64,000 nt of DNA from Yuukianura sp. NJ FZ-2021. Taxonomy: Eukaryota. Under the pieces are notes generated by a model that ran no database searches, had not been told where the DNA came from, and worked only from the letters and a program-made list of their open reading frames with translations. Positions within the stretch are counted from its first letter, which is position 1. Every line of letters begins with the position of its first letter. Below are positions 1-17,722 of the stretch, piece after piece. The position numbers and the translations under genes are program-made. The stretch spans positions 9,362,001 through 9,426,000 of the forward strand of contig CM102283.1 of assembly GCA_046563655.1 (NCBI GenBank), read 5' to 3'.

Positions 1-828
1 CTGAATATTAACTTTCTATTGTCAAAATACAGAAAGAGGAATGTCAAAGTTCGAAACACAAGAGAGAAATTAATCAAAATTTTTCGAAATGGAACTTCTT
101 ACATGTCAAATTTTTCGTAAATGTGCATTTTCACTTCCGCAACTTCTTGAAAACTTGATATCGCTGACACAATTTTTGAAAATTTTTCCATTGGCGCGTG
201 AAATGCACTTAGAGTCTTCACTTAATTCAAAACGTTTGGTGCCCATTTAGTTTTTCGCGCCATGAATGAGCATTAGCGTTAGTGTTTGAATGGGTGCCAA
301 GAGGGCGGCCTGTTTGAAATTCAATACAAGATTGAAAATGGTGGGTGGGGCTATTGTTGGTGGGTCATTGGTGGGGCCATTTGGAAAGGAGCTTAATGGT
401 TCCTTTGCAGTAACTACAAAGTACAATGGGGCCTCATAAAAATGGAAATGGTGAAAAAGTGCCAGAATTTTTGGTAAACAAAGGAGGTCGTTTATAATCA
501 AGTCCTTTGACTTTCATGTTCATGACAGTTTGCCCAACTGTTGTAAAACTTACGTAAAAACGTAAAAATTTACGTGAATACGTAAATGAGAAACCGTTTT
601 GAATCACTTTGAAGTACAAAGTTCAAGTCTTGCGTAGTTTATTTTTGAACGAGCGGACATAAACGTAAGTTGATGTTTAACGGCTAGCTTAACCATGCAT
701 AAAGTTTAACGTACTAAGTTAAGCCATTGTCGTTAAAGTTAGGTTTACCTAATGCCATTTCTGGTTCGATTCTGGTTTCTGGTAAGTTTCTGGTTTCTGG
801 TACGATTCTGGTTTAATGTTAAACTTAC

Positions 829-5114
<4,286 letters not shown>

Positions 5115-5175
5115 TCAGCAAGTGGGTGACTAACTAACTAATTACTACTCTTGAACGTCGCCACCCGCATGGCAA

Positions 5176-5206
5176 AGGTCAAAGGTCACCGCGAGGTCAT
5201 TGACCT
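5176..5206. promoter_or_regulatory. Cluster of nuclear-receptor half-sites (DR1 + IR1) ~90-120 nt upstream of the K2P ATG
   Basis: AGGTCA-A-AGGTCA at 5176-5188 and AGGTCA-T-TGACCT at 5194-5206. Confidence 0.5.
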
Positions 5207-8200
5207 CATCACACTTTTGACTAACTTTTACACTCTTTTAGCCACAAGTACGCTTGAAATCAATTATTCAAAACAACCCATTTTCTCTCCCACGTCTTCC
5301 CAAATCTCTTCTTTCACCAAAACGGTGATGAAACGAGCTGTTTTCTTCTTTTTTGGACAACACTTTTGTTCAAACAAGGTTTTCTTTCGAAATCCACTTT
5401 TTTTGGAAACAGAAAAAATGAAAAGCTGCTTGTTTTGTTCCGTTTCGTTTCCAATATCCAATTGTATCGGTTTGCTAAAACTCCGTGTTTCCGCTTCAGC
5501 GATTTCTTCCACCCGATTCATCAAATCCCAGCAGATGGTTCTTGATTCCACTAGACATGGCACATTCTCACGCTTTTTATCCCAGGGATAACAACACTAT
5601 CGAGGTCTCGATAACATGATATCGCAACACTTCGATAAACTGGGATCCTTGTATGAACTTACAAACGTAAATCGATGTTAACTTGGTCTTAGAACAAAAA
5701 CTTTCACTAAAATTTTGACGTTTGAACTTTTGGGCGCCCTTTTGACTATGATTGAAAACTGGAGGAAACTTTAAGTTGACACAACTTTTTTAAAAAGTTT
5801 GAAATTTTTGTTTGAAATTTTGAAAAACGGGAGAACGTGGTTGTTCGATCGCCTGTAGTGAACTGATGGGTAGCTGGAGAAAGTGCAGAGAAAGTTTTTC
5901 TCTCAGAGCAGAGAAACTGCAGCAGACTCCGCACTCTCCAGTTCTCCAGCGCTCCAGCGATCTCCAGCTTTCCAGCCACTAAAACCCAGCGGCTCCAGCG
6001 ACTGTTGGACTAAAATTCTCCTGCGTCTGTTGGAAAAACAGCTCTCTTGTGCTGCTGGAGATTTCAGGAGCGCTGCAGGAGGGGGAAAAAGAGAGGGAAA
6101 GTTTGAGTAGTTTGGAGCTTCAAAGTTGACTGACGAATGGGAGAAGGCCATTACACTCCAACTGAAACCAAAAGTAATACGACTTTATTTTGGACCACGG
6201 TGTACTTTGTCTATTGTGGACAACGGTGTACAAAGTTCCTCAGAGACTGTCATTACCATGATCATCACCACGCACTCAACCATGACTTTTTTACTTTACT
6301 TTAGGTGAAACCTGACCTCTTGGTGGTCTTGACCACTTCAAAACAAGAACTTGGCGTCTCTGTTCAAACAGAAACAGAGAGATCTTGTGTCACCAAAGCA
6401 TTAAACGGCTTTACTCTTCTCTTTTTTTGCTAAAGTTACGATCAAATTTACTTTCTCCCGCGGAGAAAATGTGACCAAAAGTAAACTCAGGATCTCATTT
6501 CATAAAATAAAAAAAAAAATGACTTCCGAAATTGATTTTGATACAATTTTTCCAAAAAATAGTCTACATTTTTGTAAGTATCGAGTGACAGTAAAATTGA
6601 TTCAAATTAAAACAAATCGATTTAAAGCAAAAGTGAACAAGTGAAAATTGTTTTCAAATTATTGGCCATTTTTAATTCAAAATCGACGTTTTTCAAAAAA
6701 AAAGTCAATTTAGGTCGTTAGACATGAAATTTTTGATTTTAGGATAAAAGTGAGGCTTGAAGTTCGGTTATGAGAAAATTTTAGTTGGAAAATGTAGGTC
6801 AGAGGTCATTTGTTTTAAGTTTATGGCGTATCGTTTGGCCAGAGGCGGGAAAATTTGAACCAAAGGTGTAATTCATAGGATCGTTATTTACTGTTCTAAT
6901 TTCGGGTTGGATGTTAACGTTAGGCTTTTCAGAAGACTGTTTAAATGGAGTCTGTAGACTCAAAGACTAGAAGACTAAAAGACTAGAAGAAAGTTTTAGA
7001 CTCCACCGGTTAGAGTGAAAATGACTCTGATCAATTTAATTCCCACGTTCTAATTGCCACCTTAACTTCCGCTCTCCACCAATTTCACTTTCTCTCACCA
7101 AACTCCTTTCACCACCTAAACTCAAAGTTCAAATTCAAACTTTCCCGCTCTTTTCAAAACTCCCGCTTTTTGAAACTCTGCTTTTCAAACTACCTGCTGT
7201 TCCTAGCTCAAACTTTGGGAAAAGTTGAAGCCGCTGCATTTTCAGCAGTACTTCCAATAATAGTATCAGCTAAAGCATTTTCAGTAGTAGCAACAGCAGC
7301 ATTTTCAGTAGCAGCAGTAGTTTTGAGTAACTGCGTATGCCATGCTGCACTGTTTTGTACAAGGAGGAGTTGCAGTAGAAGTAAGAGGGGCGGATTTTAA
7401 TGGAAAATCGATGCCTCTGGGGAACGGGAGAGAGTAGTATGGTGGTTCTTACGTAACGTTTATTATATTATTTTCAAAGACTCCCGCACTACTCCTGCCA
7501 CACCAGCCACTTTCCATTCAGTCCTCCAAATGCCACTCATGAATTCAAATGCAACACACAGACACATCTCTCCCGCCAACTTCAAACTCTAACCTCTCGC
7601 AGTCTGGAGAAAGCATTTTTGAACTGGAGAAAGCACCAAAGAAAGCACAAAGGACAATGAACTCGTAAAAGTCTGCCAAAACTACAAAAGTGTGCCAAAT
7701 TTTTGAATTTGTTTTGAAAAACACTAGACTCTTTGAGACGTTACAAGTGATGCAACGCAGCCTCAAGTCAACCTCAAGTTTCACCTAAAATTACACAACT
7801 CGTGCCAGTTCTTGAATTTTTTTTAAGGATTTCACTTTTGGTGTGCTTTCGAAATTTTGAAATAAGGATTTGAGGTCACGAAAGAGTGAAATGCTAAAAA
7901 GTGAGGTCAACCTGGATCAACTCCTGGAGATCTTGTATTTTGGAATGCGTAGTGAAAGTTAGTGTAAAAAGAGAAAGTTAGGCTAGGTTTTTCACAAGTT
8001 GACAGAAAGTGAGAGCTCTCTTGTGGACTTTTGGACTCACAAGAAAAAGTGTAGAAAAAGTAAATCCAATTCAAAAGAATCATCACAGCCAGACGGCTAC
8101 GAACTAAAACACTTTTTTTTCTTCATTTTGAAAAAAACTACCAGTGAGTGTCACCATTTTCAATAAATTGAAACACTTTTAAAAGAAAACGGCATTCATG

Positions 8201-8717
8201 AATTTGTTTTTCAAAAATTTCACGACCCTGTCGTTACACCTTCCCCACACAAAATGTGTTTGGACTTAGGCTTAAGAAAAATGAGCAAAAAAAATTCTAT
8301 TTTGGCGGGATTTTTTTTTGAAAGTTTTTTTTTTAGTTTATCAAGATTTTGAAAGTAACGAATGTTAACTTTCTCTTTTCTTTGTTCCTGATGTCCAAAT
8401 CCTTTTTGGCGAGTGACTAAGACTAAGAGGTCATTGACCCTAATCTCCTCTTCCTAACGTCACGAAGTAAAGGAGGTCATCAAGTTAAAGTGGTCTAGTT
8501 ACATTTGAGGTTGGCCGCTCCAGGAAAGTGCACTCCAGGAAAGAAAACACTTTGTCCATGTCTTTTGTGTCTCAATTATTGATGCCCCACCATGATTACT
8601 CCAAATGGGTACAGAAACAGCCTCTCTCTGGACACATCAACCAACTCCTTCCACAAACAACCTCCCTCTGGACACATCCAACCACCAAATGAGCATCTCA
8701 CTTCAGTGGTCAACATC

Positions 8718-8945
8718 AACTGCCTGCTAGCTGCCTGCTCACTGCCTGCCTAGTCACTGCTTAATCATTGCCTGGTAGCTGCCTGCTCACTGTCTAGTGA
8801 CTGCATGCTAACTGCCTGCCACTGCCTGGTAGCTGCCTGCTCACTGCATGGTAACTGCCTGCTAGCTGCCTGCCAGCTGCCTGCTGACTACTGCCTGGTA
8901 ACTGCCTGCTCAGTGTTTGGTAGTTGCCTGCTCACTGCCTGCATG
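8718..8945. repeat. Degenerate minisatellite of ~11-12-bp CTGCCTG-core units
   Basis: Repeated CTGCCTGCTAG / CTGCCTGCTCA / CTGCCTGGTAA units. Confidence 0.75.
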
Positions 8946-11193
8946 TCCACTGTCTTGTAACTGGTCGACAACAAAAAGCAAAAAGAGGGTCAGAGCAAAT
9001 CAAACAAAACGGCATTTTCCAGGATTCAGGGTAACAAAAACCGAAAGTAGGAGATTGTTGTTGACTTTTGTTCTAAAAATCTGTTTTGTTTCAACTTTCT
9101 AAAAAATGGCGTTTTTTTTTTAGAAAAGTGGGCAATGACCTCAGTACTGTAGCAGCTTCCAAGCAAAACTTTTATCGCCTTCTATCAGAGTTTGGGAAGC
9201 GATTTGTAGGGAGCATAAACCTGTTCGTGTTATCTCGAGATAAACTTGCGTGTATTTTTAGAATCTAGGTTCCCGCCAAAATTCAATTCCAGAAAAATAG
9301 GGTATTCGAGTACAACTTTCACTATACTTGTGATAGTCTTAGATTCTAAGAATCTAGGTGGAGAAAGTGATGAGAGAAATGTTAGTTTATGGACCAAAAG
9401 CAATCAATCACAGGCGTCCTAATCTAATTTCACTGCAGCACATCTTCTTCACACTTTCTTCCATGTCTTCACAATTTCGAAAAAAAAATTATAGAAAAAT
9501 TTTACTGAAATTCTCGTTTCCATTTTGGCTCCATTTTGTTTAACTTGCATTGAGTTTTTGCAAAACATAAAATTTTGGGTTTTGGTTAAAAATGGTTTGG
9601 ATTTTCTTCTTTTTTTCAAAATGCGACCTATTCAAAACTTTTTAGACTTCTTTAGAGTCTAGTCAATTTCGAAATTGAAAAAGTGTTTTCCATTTTTTGA
9701 AAATGCTGGCAGCATTTGCCGTTTTAGGAGGTGAAGCCACATTGTCCGTGGTGAAAGTCAAAGGAAAGTTTTAGAAAGTGATTGGAAAGGTGTAGTCATA
9801 AAAAGTGAGAAAAAGATGAAAAGGAAGTAGTGGCTGGAAAAGTTATTTGCCTGAGAGCGCTTCCAGCGATTCCAGCCGCTTCCAGCCCTCTTTCCAGACG
9901 CTTGGAGCGTCAAGAAGCAGCGGCTGGTGAGAAAAGAACAAAAGGGGCTAAATTCACCAATTTCCTTGGTTTTTGTGCTCCTGTGCCACCTTTACTAACC
10001 AACCAGCTTTTGACTTTCTCCTGAACAGCGTCATTCAATGTCAGTCGAGTGGACAAAGTTGAGGCTTTGGTGTCTGTCACTTGGAAAGACAAAATTTTTG
10101 GAAATCGTGAAAGTAAAGAAAAGATTTTTGATTACAGGAGAAAGTGAGTGGTGGAGCGAAAGAGAAATTGAAATGAAAAGGCATCAAAAGAACAATCTTT
10201 GGAGATAATGATGAAAAGAAAATTTGAAGAGCAGGAGAAAGTTGAGATAAAATTTTGAAAAAGAAATTTTTTGGAGATATTTTGAGCCTATCGACTTCCA
10301 GAAGTGCTTTCTTTTGCTATTATTTATTATGAAAGAGGCGGAAATGGAGAGCATATGAAGCTTTCACTACCGGAAACTGGCCAAGTTCATTTTTGGCGCC
10401 AAAAAATTTTTTTGAAAAAATTTCGGTGAAAGTTTATTATAAGCGGAAAGTGGCCGCGAAATTTGTGGTTTTTGAGTGAGGCTGAAACTAGCTCTAAACT
10501 TGAGTTGACTGCAATTCGCATGAGCGGGAAAATTTTTGCCGACATTTTTTGAATTTTTGACATAAAAAAAATTTGCTGAAAAAAAGTTTGTGGCTCAGCT
10601 GGTGTAGTAAAATTTTCCATTTCAAAGAAAGCCATTCCCCCGGAGAAAGCAAACATAATTTCCCATCAATCCACTTTCCCCTCCTCCTATGTTTGTCCCA
10701 CTTCTTCCTTTGGTGGGACAGGGTGGGACTCACTTCTTTTTTGGTGGGGCTCATATCCACTTGAGTGGGACTTGGTTTGGAATCTTCATCCTCGTATTTT
10801 CTACTTCAATGGACAAAAAAGAAGAAAGTTGACTTTCTCATTTTTGAAAAACGGTTTATTCCAGATCCTTGTTGGAATTGGATAGAAGAAGAGAGAGAGA
10901 AAAGTCAAGTGGACTTTTTACTCAATTCATCAAACTTCATCATCCAATTTCTTTTTCTCAAAGTAAACAATCGACTCAAAAGTGGCTCTCTTTTCCATTT
11001 TTAAAAAGTTCAAACTAATTTGAAAACCAAAATTCTAAACTAAAAGCCAAAAATTCAAACTTCCTAAAATTAGAAACCATTTCTGTCAAATCCTCCAAAA
11101 ATTTTATTCAACAACGCTAGAAATTAAAGGATCTCAAAAATTTACTTCAAAATTTTTCAAAATTGTTTCAAAATTTTACTTTTTTAAAATTTT

Positions 11194-11561
11194 TTATCTA
11201 GACCATCCCTTGTGACCTTGGTTGTCCTGTGGCTGTCTGACCCAGTAGCCAAATGGAGCAAAGTAGTCGTGTCCATGACCTTGTTGTTTGGATTGACCTC
11301 GATACACTTTGACCTGCACTCGACCACTTCCATGCTGAGTATCATGAACATTTCCTAAGGCAAAACACACTTGATTAATTAAGTAATTGATTAATTAAGT
11401 CATCTTTTGATTAATTACGTACAACAATTCAATTACTCTCCACTTGTTCATTAGTTACCTGCCGCAGGCTCCAAATCCAGAAAATCTCGTTCGATTTTTC
11501 TACTTTCGGAGACTAGGACCAGAATTCCCAATTGGACCAGCAACAAACACAGCAGCTTCAT
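11194..11561 (-). CDS. Small secreted 87-aa protein, two coding exons (11459-11561, 11194-11354); not in the ORF track
   Basis: Translates MKLLCLLLVQLGILVLVSESRKIERDFLDLEPAA|GNVHDTQHGSGRVQVKVYRGQSKQQGHGHDYFAPFGYWVRQPQDNQGHKGWSR*. It has a signal-peptide-like start, a GTAACT donor, a TTAG acceptor and a frame-preserving phase-1 join. Confidence 0.75.
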
Positions 11562-12027
11562 TCTGTAATGCTGGCAAGTACTGGCAAATGCTGGCAAGTA
11601 TTGGCCACTGGCTACTCAACTACTGCCACAGTAAGTCGCTTCAGTGCCTGTTATTTATGGTTTGCATCTTCACCTAACCTGATCCTCCTCCTATGTTAAC
11701 AATTTCAACTTCCTTGCTGCTCTGATTCAGTCAAAAACCATAATGAGTTCAAAAATTTTCATTGTTTTTTTTTGAAAAATTTTACAAGTTTACAGATTTT
11801 GGAACAATTAAAGTCAAAAGGGCACTGGGCCATGTACACAAAATTTCACTTTCATCTTCATTCAAAAAATCCTTAAGTGTAGAAAGCTAGAGCGTATCGC
11901 GAGACCACTCACCTTGAATTTACCTAACCGTGAAGATTCAACTTTTAACTAATTAGAACAAACCTTGTGATTGACCCACTTTTTCAAAATTGCAACTTTT
12001 ATGAAAAACTTTTTCAAAATTTGTTTT

Positions 12028-13526
12028 TCAAACTATGACTTCCAAGTCCTTATTTGGTTGTCGTTCAACTTCAATCTCAAATTCCCCCGACGGCATCGTC
12101 ACTCTCTGTCTTCTGCCGAACTGATCATGCGTCGTTGGAGGGCGCGAAGAATCTTCTGGTGGATTTGAACTTCGGCGCGGTCTGTGGTGCCTTGTGGAAT
12201 GCCGGTGGTTGTCATGGTGTCCATGACTGTCTGGATGGTTGTCATGGTGACCAGGACTGTCCGGATGGTGGTCATGGTGACCATCACTTAGTCGATGGTG
12301 GTCATGGTGCGCATGATGGTGGCCCCTGGCTGAGCTGTGGCGTCGCTGGTGCTGTGTTGTTGGTTGGTCAATGGGTTTTCCTGGACGATAGAAGCAAGTG
12401 ACGACGATTATGAAGAGAATGAGGCTGAGAATGAAATTAAGCAGCAAGATAATTGCAACGATGATGCCAAGGAAACTGGCTTCCAGGAAGGCCCAAATAT
12501 ACCGCCTGGGGTACGCTTTCAAACAACCCTGGTCGAAATTTCAAAAAAAAAATTCAAAATTTTGAAAAAGTTCATAAAACTTTTATTTTTGAAATTTACT
12601 TTAGTGTGGATGATGTCCAGGAGGGTGTGATCGGCATTGTCCGGATGCTGGCCGAGGTTGTAACCACACTCCGGAAAAGCATATTTTTCATTACAGCAGG
12701 AATTGGGCAGTTGGCGAGCTTTTCCTACAGGCGTGTCTTTCCAATCGTACCAATCAAACATTCCACAACAGTGACTCTGACAAATCAAAATGAATTTTGA
12801 AAAAGTTAAAATTTTGGAAAAATTTTAAATTTTGAAATTTTACTTGATGCTGGATGTGGTCCCAGTACTCTTTAGTACTTTTAGGGAAGATGCCAAAAGT
12901 TGCGTCCTTGGTTAAATAGTTCATCATGCTTTGGGCCATGCTGTCCAGGAAATCCATTAAACTTGATCGCTTAAAAAACACTTGAATCCCCCACACATAG
13001 TCGAAAATTGCTAATCCAATGAGTAGTAAACAGTACTAGAATGAGAATAAGTTTTATATTATTTAATATTACATTATGTTTTATTATATTATTTTATATT
13101 ATATTATATTTTATCATTATTATTTAATGACTTACAATGCCAGTTGACCACCACCGACCACCACTTCCAGCAAAACATCCAGAACTTGTTGTGATGCCGA
13201 GAGCAACTCCGTAGTAGAACAGAATTGTACAAGGTGTGGTCAAAGTCAGATCATAAAAATCAAATGCCCATGTAATCTTCACAGTTTTTGAATAGAATCC
13301 AACCAGCATCGCACCAAGGATGCACAACATCCCTACCGTCTTCAAAAATTTCGAAATTTTGAAACTTTTTTGAAATTTTTAAGAAAGAAAAACAATGGTC
13401 GAAACACGAGGAACTCACCCATGCGAATCCGTTCAAACAGAAAATGAGAACACGGAGAATGCGTCCGAAGGTACGACAACCTTTGGAACGTCTCAGATTC
13501 AATATCTTCAATTTCTTCAATTTCAT
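12028..13526 (-). CDS. Tetraspanin with His-rich C-terminal tail (5 coding exons)
   Basis: Four hydrophobic segments and a large loop with CCG, PNSCC and GCL motifs (WDHIQHQ|SHCCGMFDWYDW...LPNSCC...|GCLK). Confidence 0.85.
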
Positions 13527-13958
13527 TAATTAATAGGACATTAATTAACTTCACAGTTAATTGATTAATTCACATACACAATAATTAATCAGCACTCAAA
13601 ACAACAGAATTGGCACGATTTACGATTGACAAAAATTAATTTGTGCCTGGATGATGCTACTTTTGTTGTGTTGATTTGCAGAATGGGATCGTCCGATGCG
13701 TGTCCAAGGTGTTTTCTAAGAAAACTGTTTTTGAAAAACACAATTTCTTAAAATTTTACGGTTGCATTTTCAAAATTTTGGAAAAAGATGCTTTTGGGAA
13801 TTTTGTGGACCTTGCGCCATCTCGGGATAGGGAGTAGAAATGAGTGAAATTTTTGATTCTGCATTGAAAACCAGAAATTGCAGCGTGTTGAATCCTGTCT
13901 GTCTTCTGTCGGTATTTTCAGTGAATTTTACAAGTAATTGTTGATTTTCTAACACAAA

Positions 13959-15109
<1,151 letters not shown>

Positions 15110-15708
15110 GGAAAAGGACAGGAATCGGAGAATATACACACTAAATATACTACACGTTTTTAATTCCCATTTTTTGATCCTTTCCAAACTAATTAATAAA
15201 ACGATCCATCTTGTTTTATTAAATTACGAATTTATTCTTATTGTTCTTGCTATTTTCCATATTTTCTTATTGGTCTAACATTTTTGAGATTGTCTCATTT
15301 TGCTCAGTCGAAGCCAAAAGAATTTTGGTGGAGGCGCGAAAATTTGAATTGTGGCAACGCCTGCGCAGTGCTCCGTTTCTAAATTTTAAAAGACAGAATG
15401 ATCTGCATTTTGTTCTTTTTCTTTTATCCACCGCTCTCTCTTTCAACGGACGTGTCGACTCTTCTTCCGTCGTCAGTTTGTTACTGGTGAGGTGACTAAC
15501 TGGTTTTTCGGATTACCGCAGGCAAGTAATCGATTACTTTGTACGAAGGAAAGGTCAGATAAATCGGTTGTAAGGTGAGACATTAAGTTTACATAGTGTC
15601 ACTGCTAATTACGTACTTTGAAAACTCATGTTACATAGTAAGTACATAGAGATAAGAACAACAATCTATTACTAAACTTTGTTAGTCTTTTTAGTGCAAT
15701 TCGTCAAG

Positions 15709-17277
15709 ATGCAGATCACACTGAGAACGCTGCAACAGCAAAATTTCCAAATTGAAATTGACCCGGATCAAACGGTAAATCTCAATCAACTCTGTAAACA
15801 GCTGATACTCTTTTTTCAGTGAATAGGTTGACTAAAGTTTTGATTTGTATGTTGATAGGTGGAAGATCTGAAACAGAAAATTGAAGAGTCTCGGGGAAAG
15901 GATTACCCTGTTGGTAGTCAGCGACTAATTTATGCTGGAAAGATCCTTGAAGACAAAACGAAAATAGGTGATTGTCAAATTGAGGATTCCAAGTTTGTGG
16001 TAGTCATGGTCACGAAGCCCAAACCAACTACTGCTGCCACGTCTCCTGCACCACCGACTCCTGCTGCAGTACCGACTCCAACTCCACCACCAGCAGCTGC
16101 TGCTGCTACTGCGCAATCACAACCAACGCCTAGTACTCCGGCACCAGCGGGGTAACCTTAAGTTTCAACTATTGTATCATCACATGCCTTACCTTCATTG
16201 CTTTGTGATTTTCAGCGCTGCTCCGCTTGGAGATTTGTTGTCGGGTCCTGCCTTTGATGCCGCCGTGGCATCAATCATGGCGATGGGCTACGAACGGCCA
16301 TTAGTTGAACAAGCCTTGCGAGCCTCCTTCAATAATCCCGAACGAGCAGTTGAATATCTTCTTATGGGTATTCCAGATGAACTGATTCAGGTAATTGCCT
16401 TCTCCCTTAATCAGTAATCGTTCTTTTAATCGTAATTTAAAGAGAATGTTATGTTTAGGAGGATGCTGCCGGTGGTGCGGAGGTTGCAGCGGGCGGTGGT
16501 GTTGAGGGCAGTGCTGATTCGGCCAGTAACTCCTTAGCTTTTCTTCGGTCCCAGCCTCAATTTGAACAGATGAGAGCCGTGGTTCGACAAAGCCCACAGC
16601 TTCTCAACGCAGTCTTACAACAAATCGGTCAATCAAATCCAGCTTTACTGCAAATCATTACTGAAAATCAGGTACACTTATCATAGGAAGTTATCAACGC
16701 TGACGATTAGTAAAATTTTTAATTGGTGATGGATTTCTAGGAAGAATTTGTTCGTCTTTTGAACGAGGATTCAAGTGGTAGCAGTACAGGAGGAAGCGGA
16801 ACTCCAGTGGCAGGTCAAACTCCTGGTGGCGCTTTCCAGATTCAAATCACGACTCAAGACAAGGAGGCCATTGAAAGAGTTAGCAAATCTTACAAATTAC
16901 TAACATAATTCAACAACCGGACATAACTAATCTAATATGTTATCTAACTATCCGATTTTGTTATCTAGTTACAGATAACATACTAGGATAGTAGCACAAT
17001 AGGACCGATAGCATAATCGGATAGGTGGATACCATTGTTATCTAAAACTACCGATTATGGCATCTAACTATCCCACTATGTTATCTTGCTATCCCATTAT
17101 GCTAATATCTAACTATCCCATTATGTTATCTAACCGGATATGTTATCTTTGTGTCGTTTGCAGTTGAAAGGACTTGGATTTCCTGAGCACCTTGTCGTTC
17201 AAGCCTACTTTGCTTGTGAGAAGAATGAAAACATGGCGGCCAACTTTCTTATCCAGAACGGATTTGATGATGACTGA
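15709..17277 (+). CDS. Rad23: UV excision repair protein Rad23 (UBL-UBA-STI1-UBA), 6 coding exons
   Basis: [21 protein letters not shown]...[10 protein letters not shown]...[13 protein letters not shown]1: IMAMGYER...[24 protein letters not shown]-binding region: [10 protein letters not shown]...IGQSNP. UBA2: [29 protein letters not shown]. Confidence 0.97.
16935..17148. repeat. Degenerate ~21-bp minisatellite with an internal inversion in the last Rad23 intron
   Basis: Units like ATGTTATCTAACTATCCCATT recur, with reverse-complement units (GATAACAT, GATAGCATAATCGGATAG) at ~16973-17025. Confidence 0.6.
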
Positions 17278-17722
17278 CCACTTTGAGGATAACTCCAACC
17301 AATAAGCCAACAATATCCACAACATAAAGTAAGAAATCAACTCATCAACTACTGGAATACTGGATTCCCCACACACCTTGGTTATAGAGGGAAACAGTAA
17401 GAAATAAGGGATATAATTGAAATGCTATTTAGATACGCTGTCCCTTTGTTCTCTCCCGCTCCAAATTACTGTCAATTAAAAAAAAAAGCTAAGAATTATT
17501 AAATTAACAATCTTAAATTAAAAACTTAATGTAATACGGTTATTTAGCTCAAGTTTTCGGGGAATTGGCCAGTTATACTTTCGTTATTGTCTAACTCTCA
17601 GTTTAAATGTAAAATCCAGCTCCACATTTTGGCAGTTTCACTTGTAAAAAAAAACTTGGTTTATTTAAAACGTAACGGAATACTGTTGCTATTGAAGAGA
17701 GCTTCAATTAATCAATAATTAA

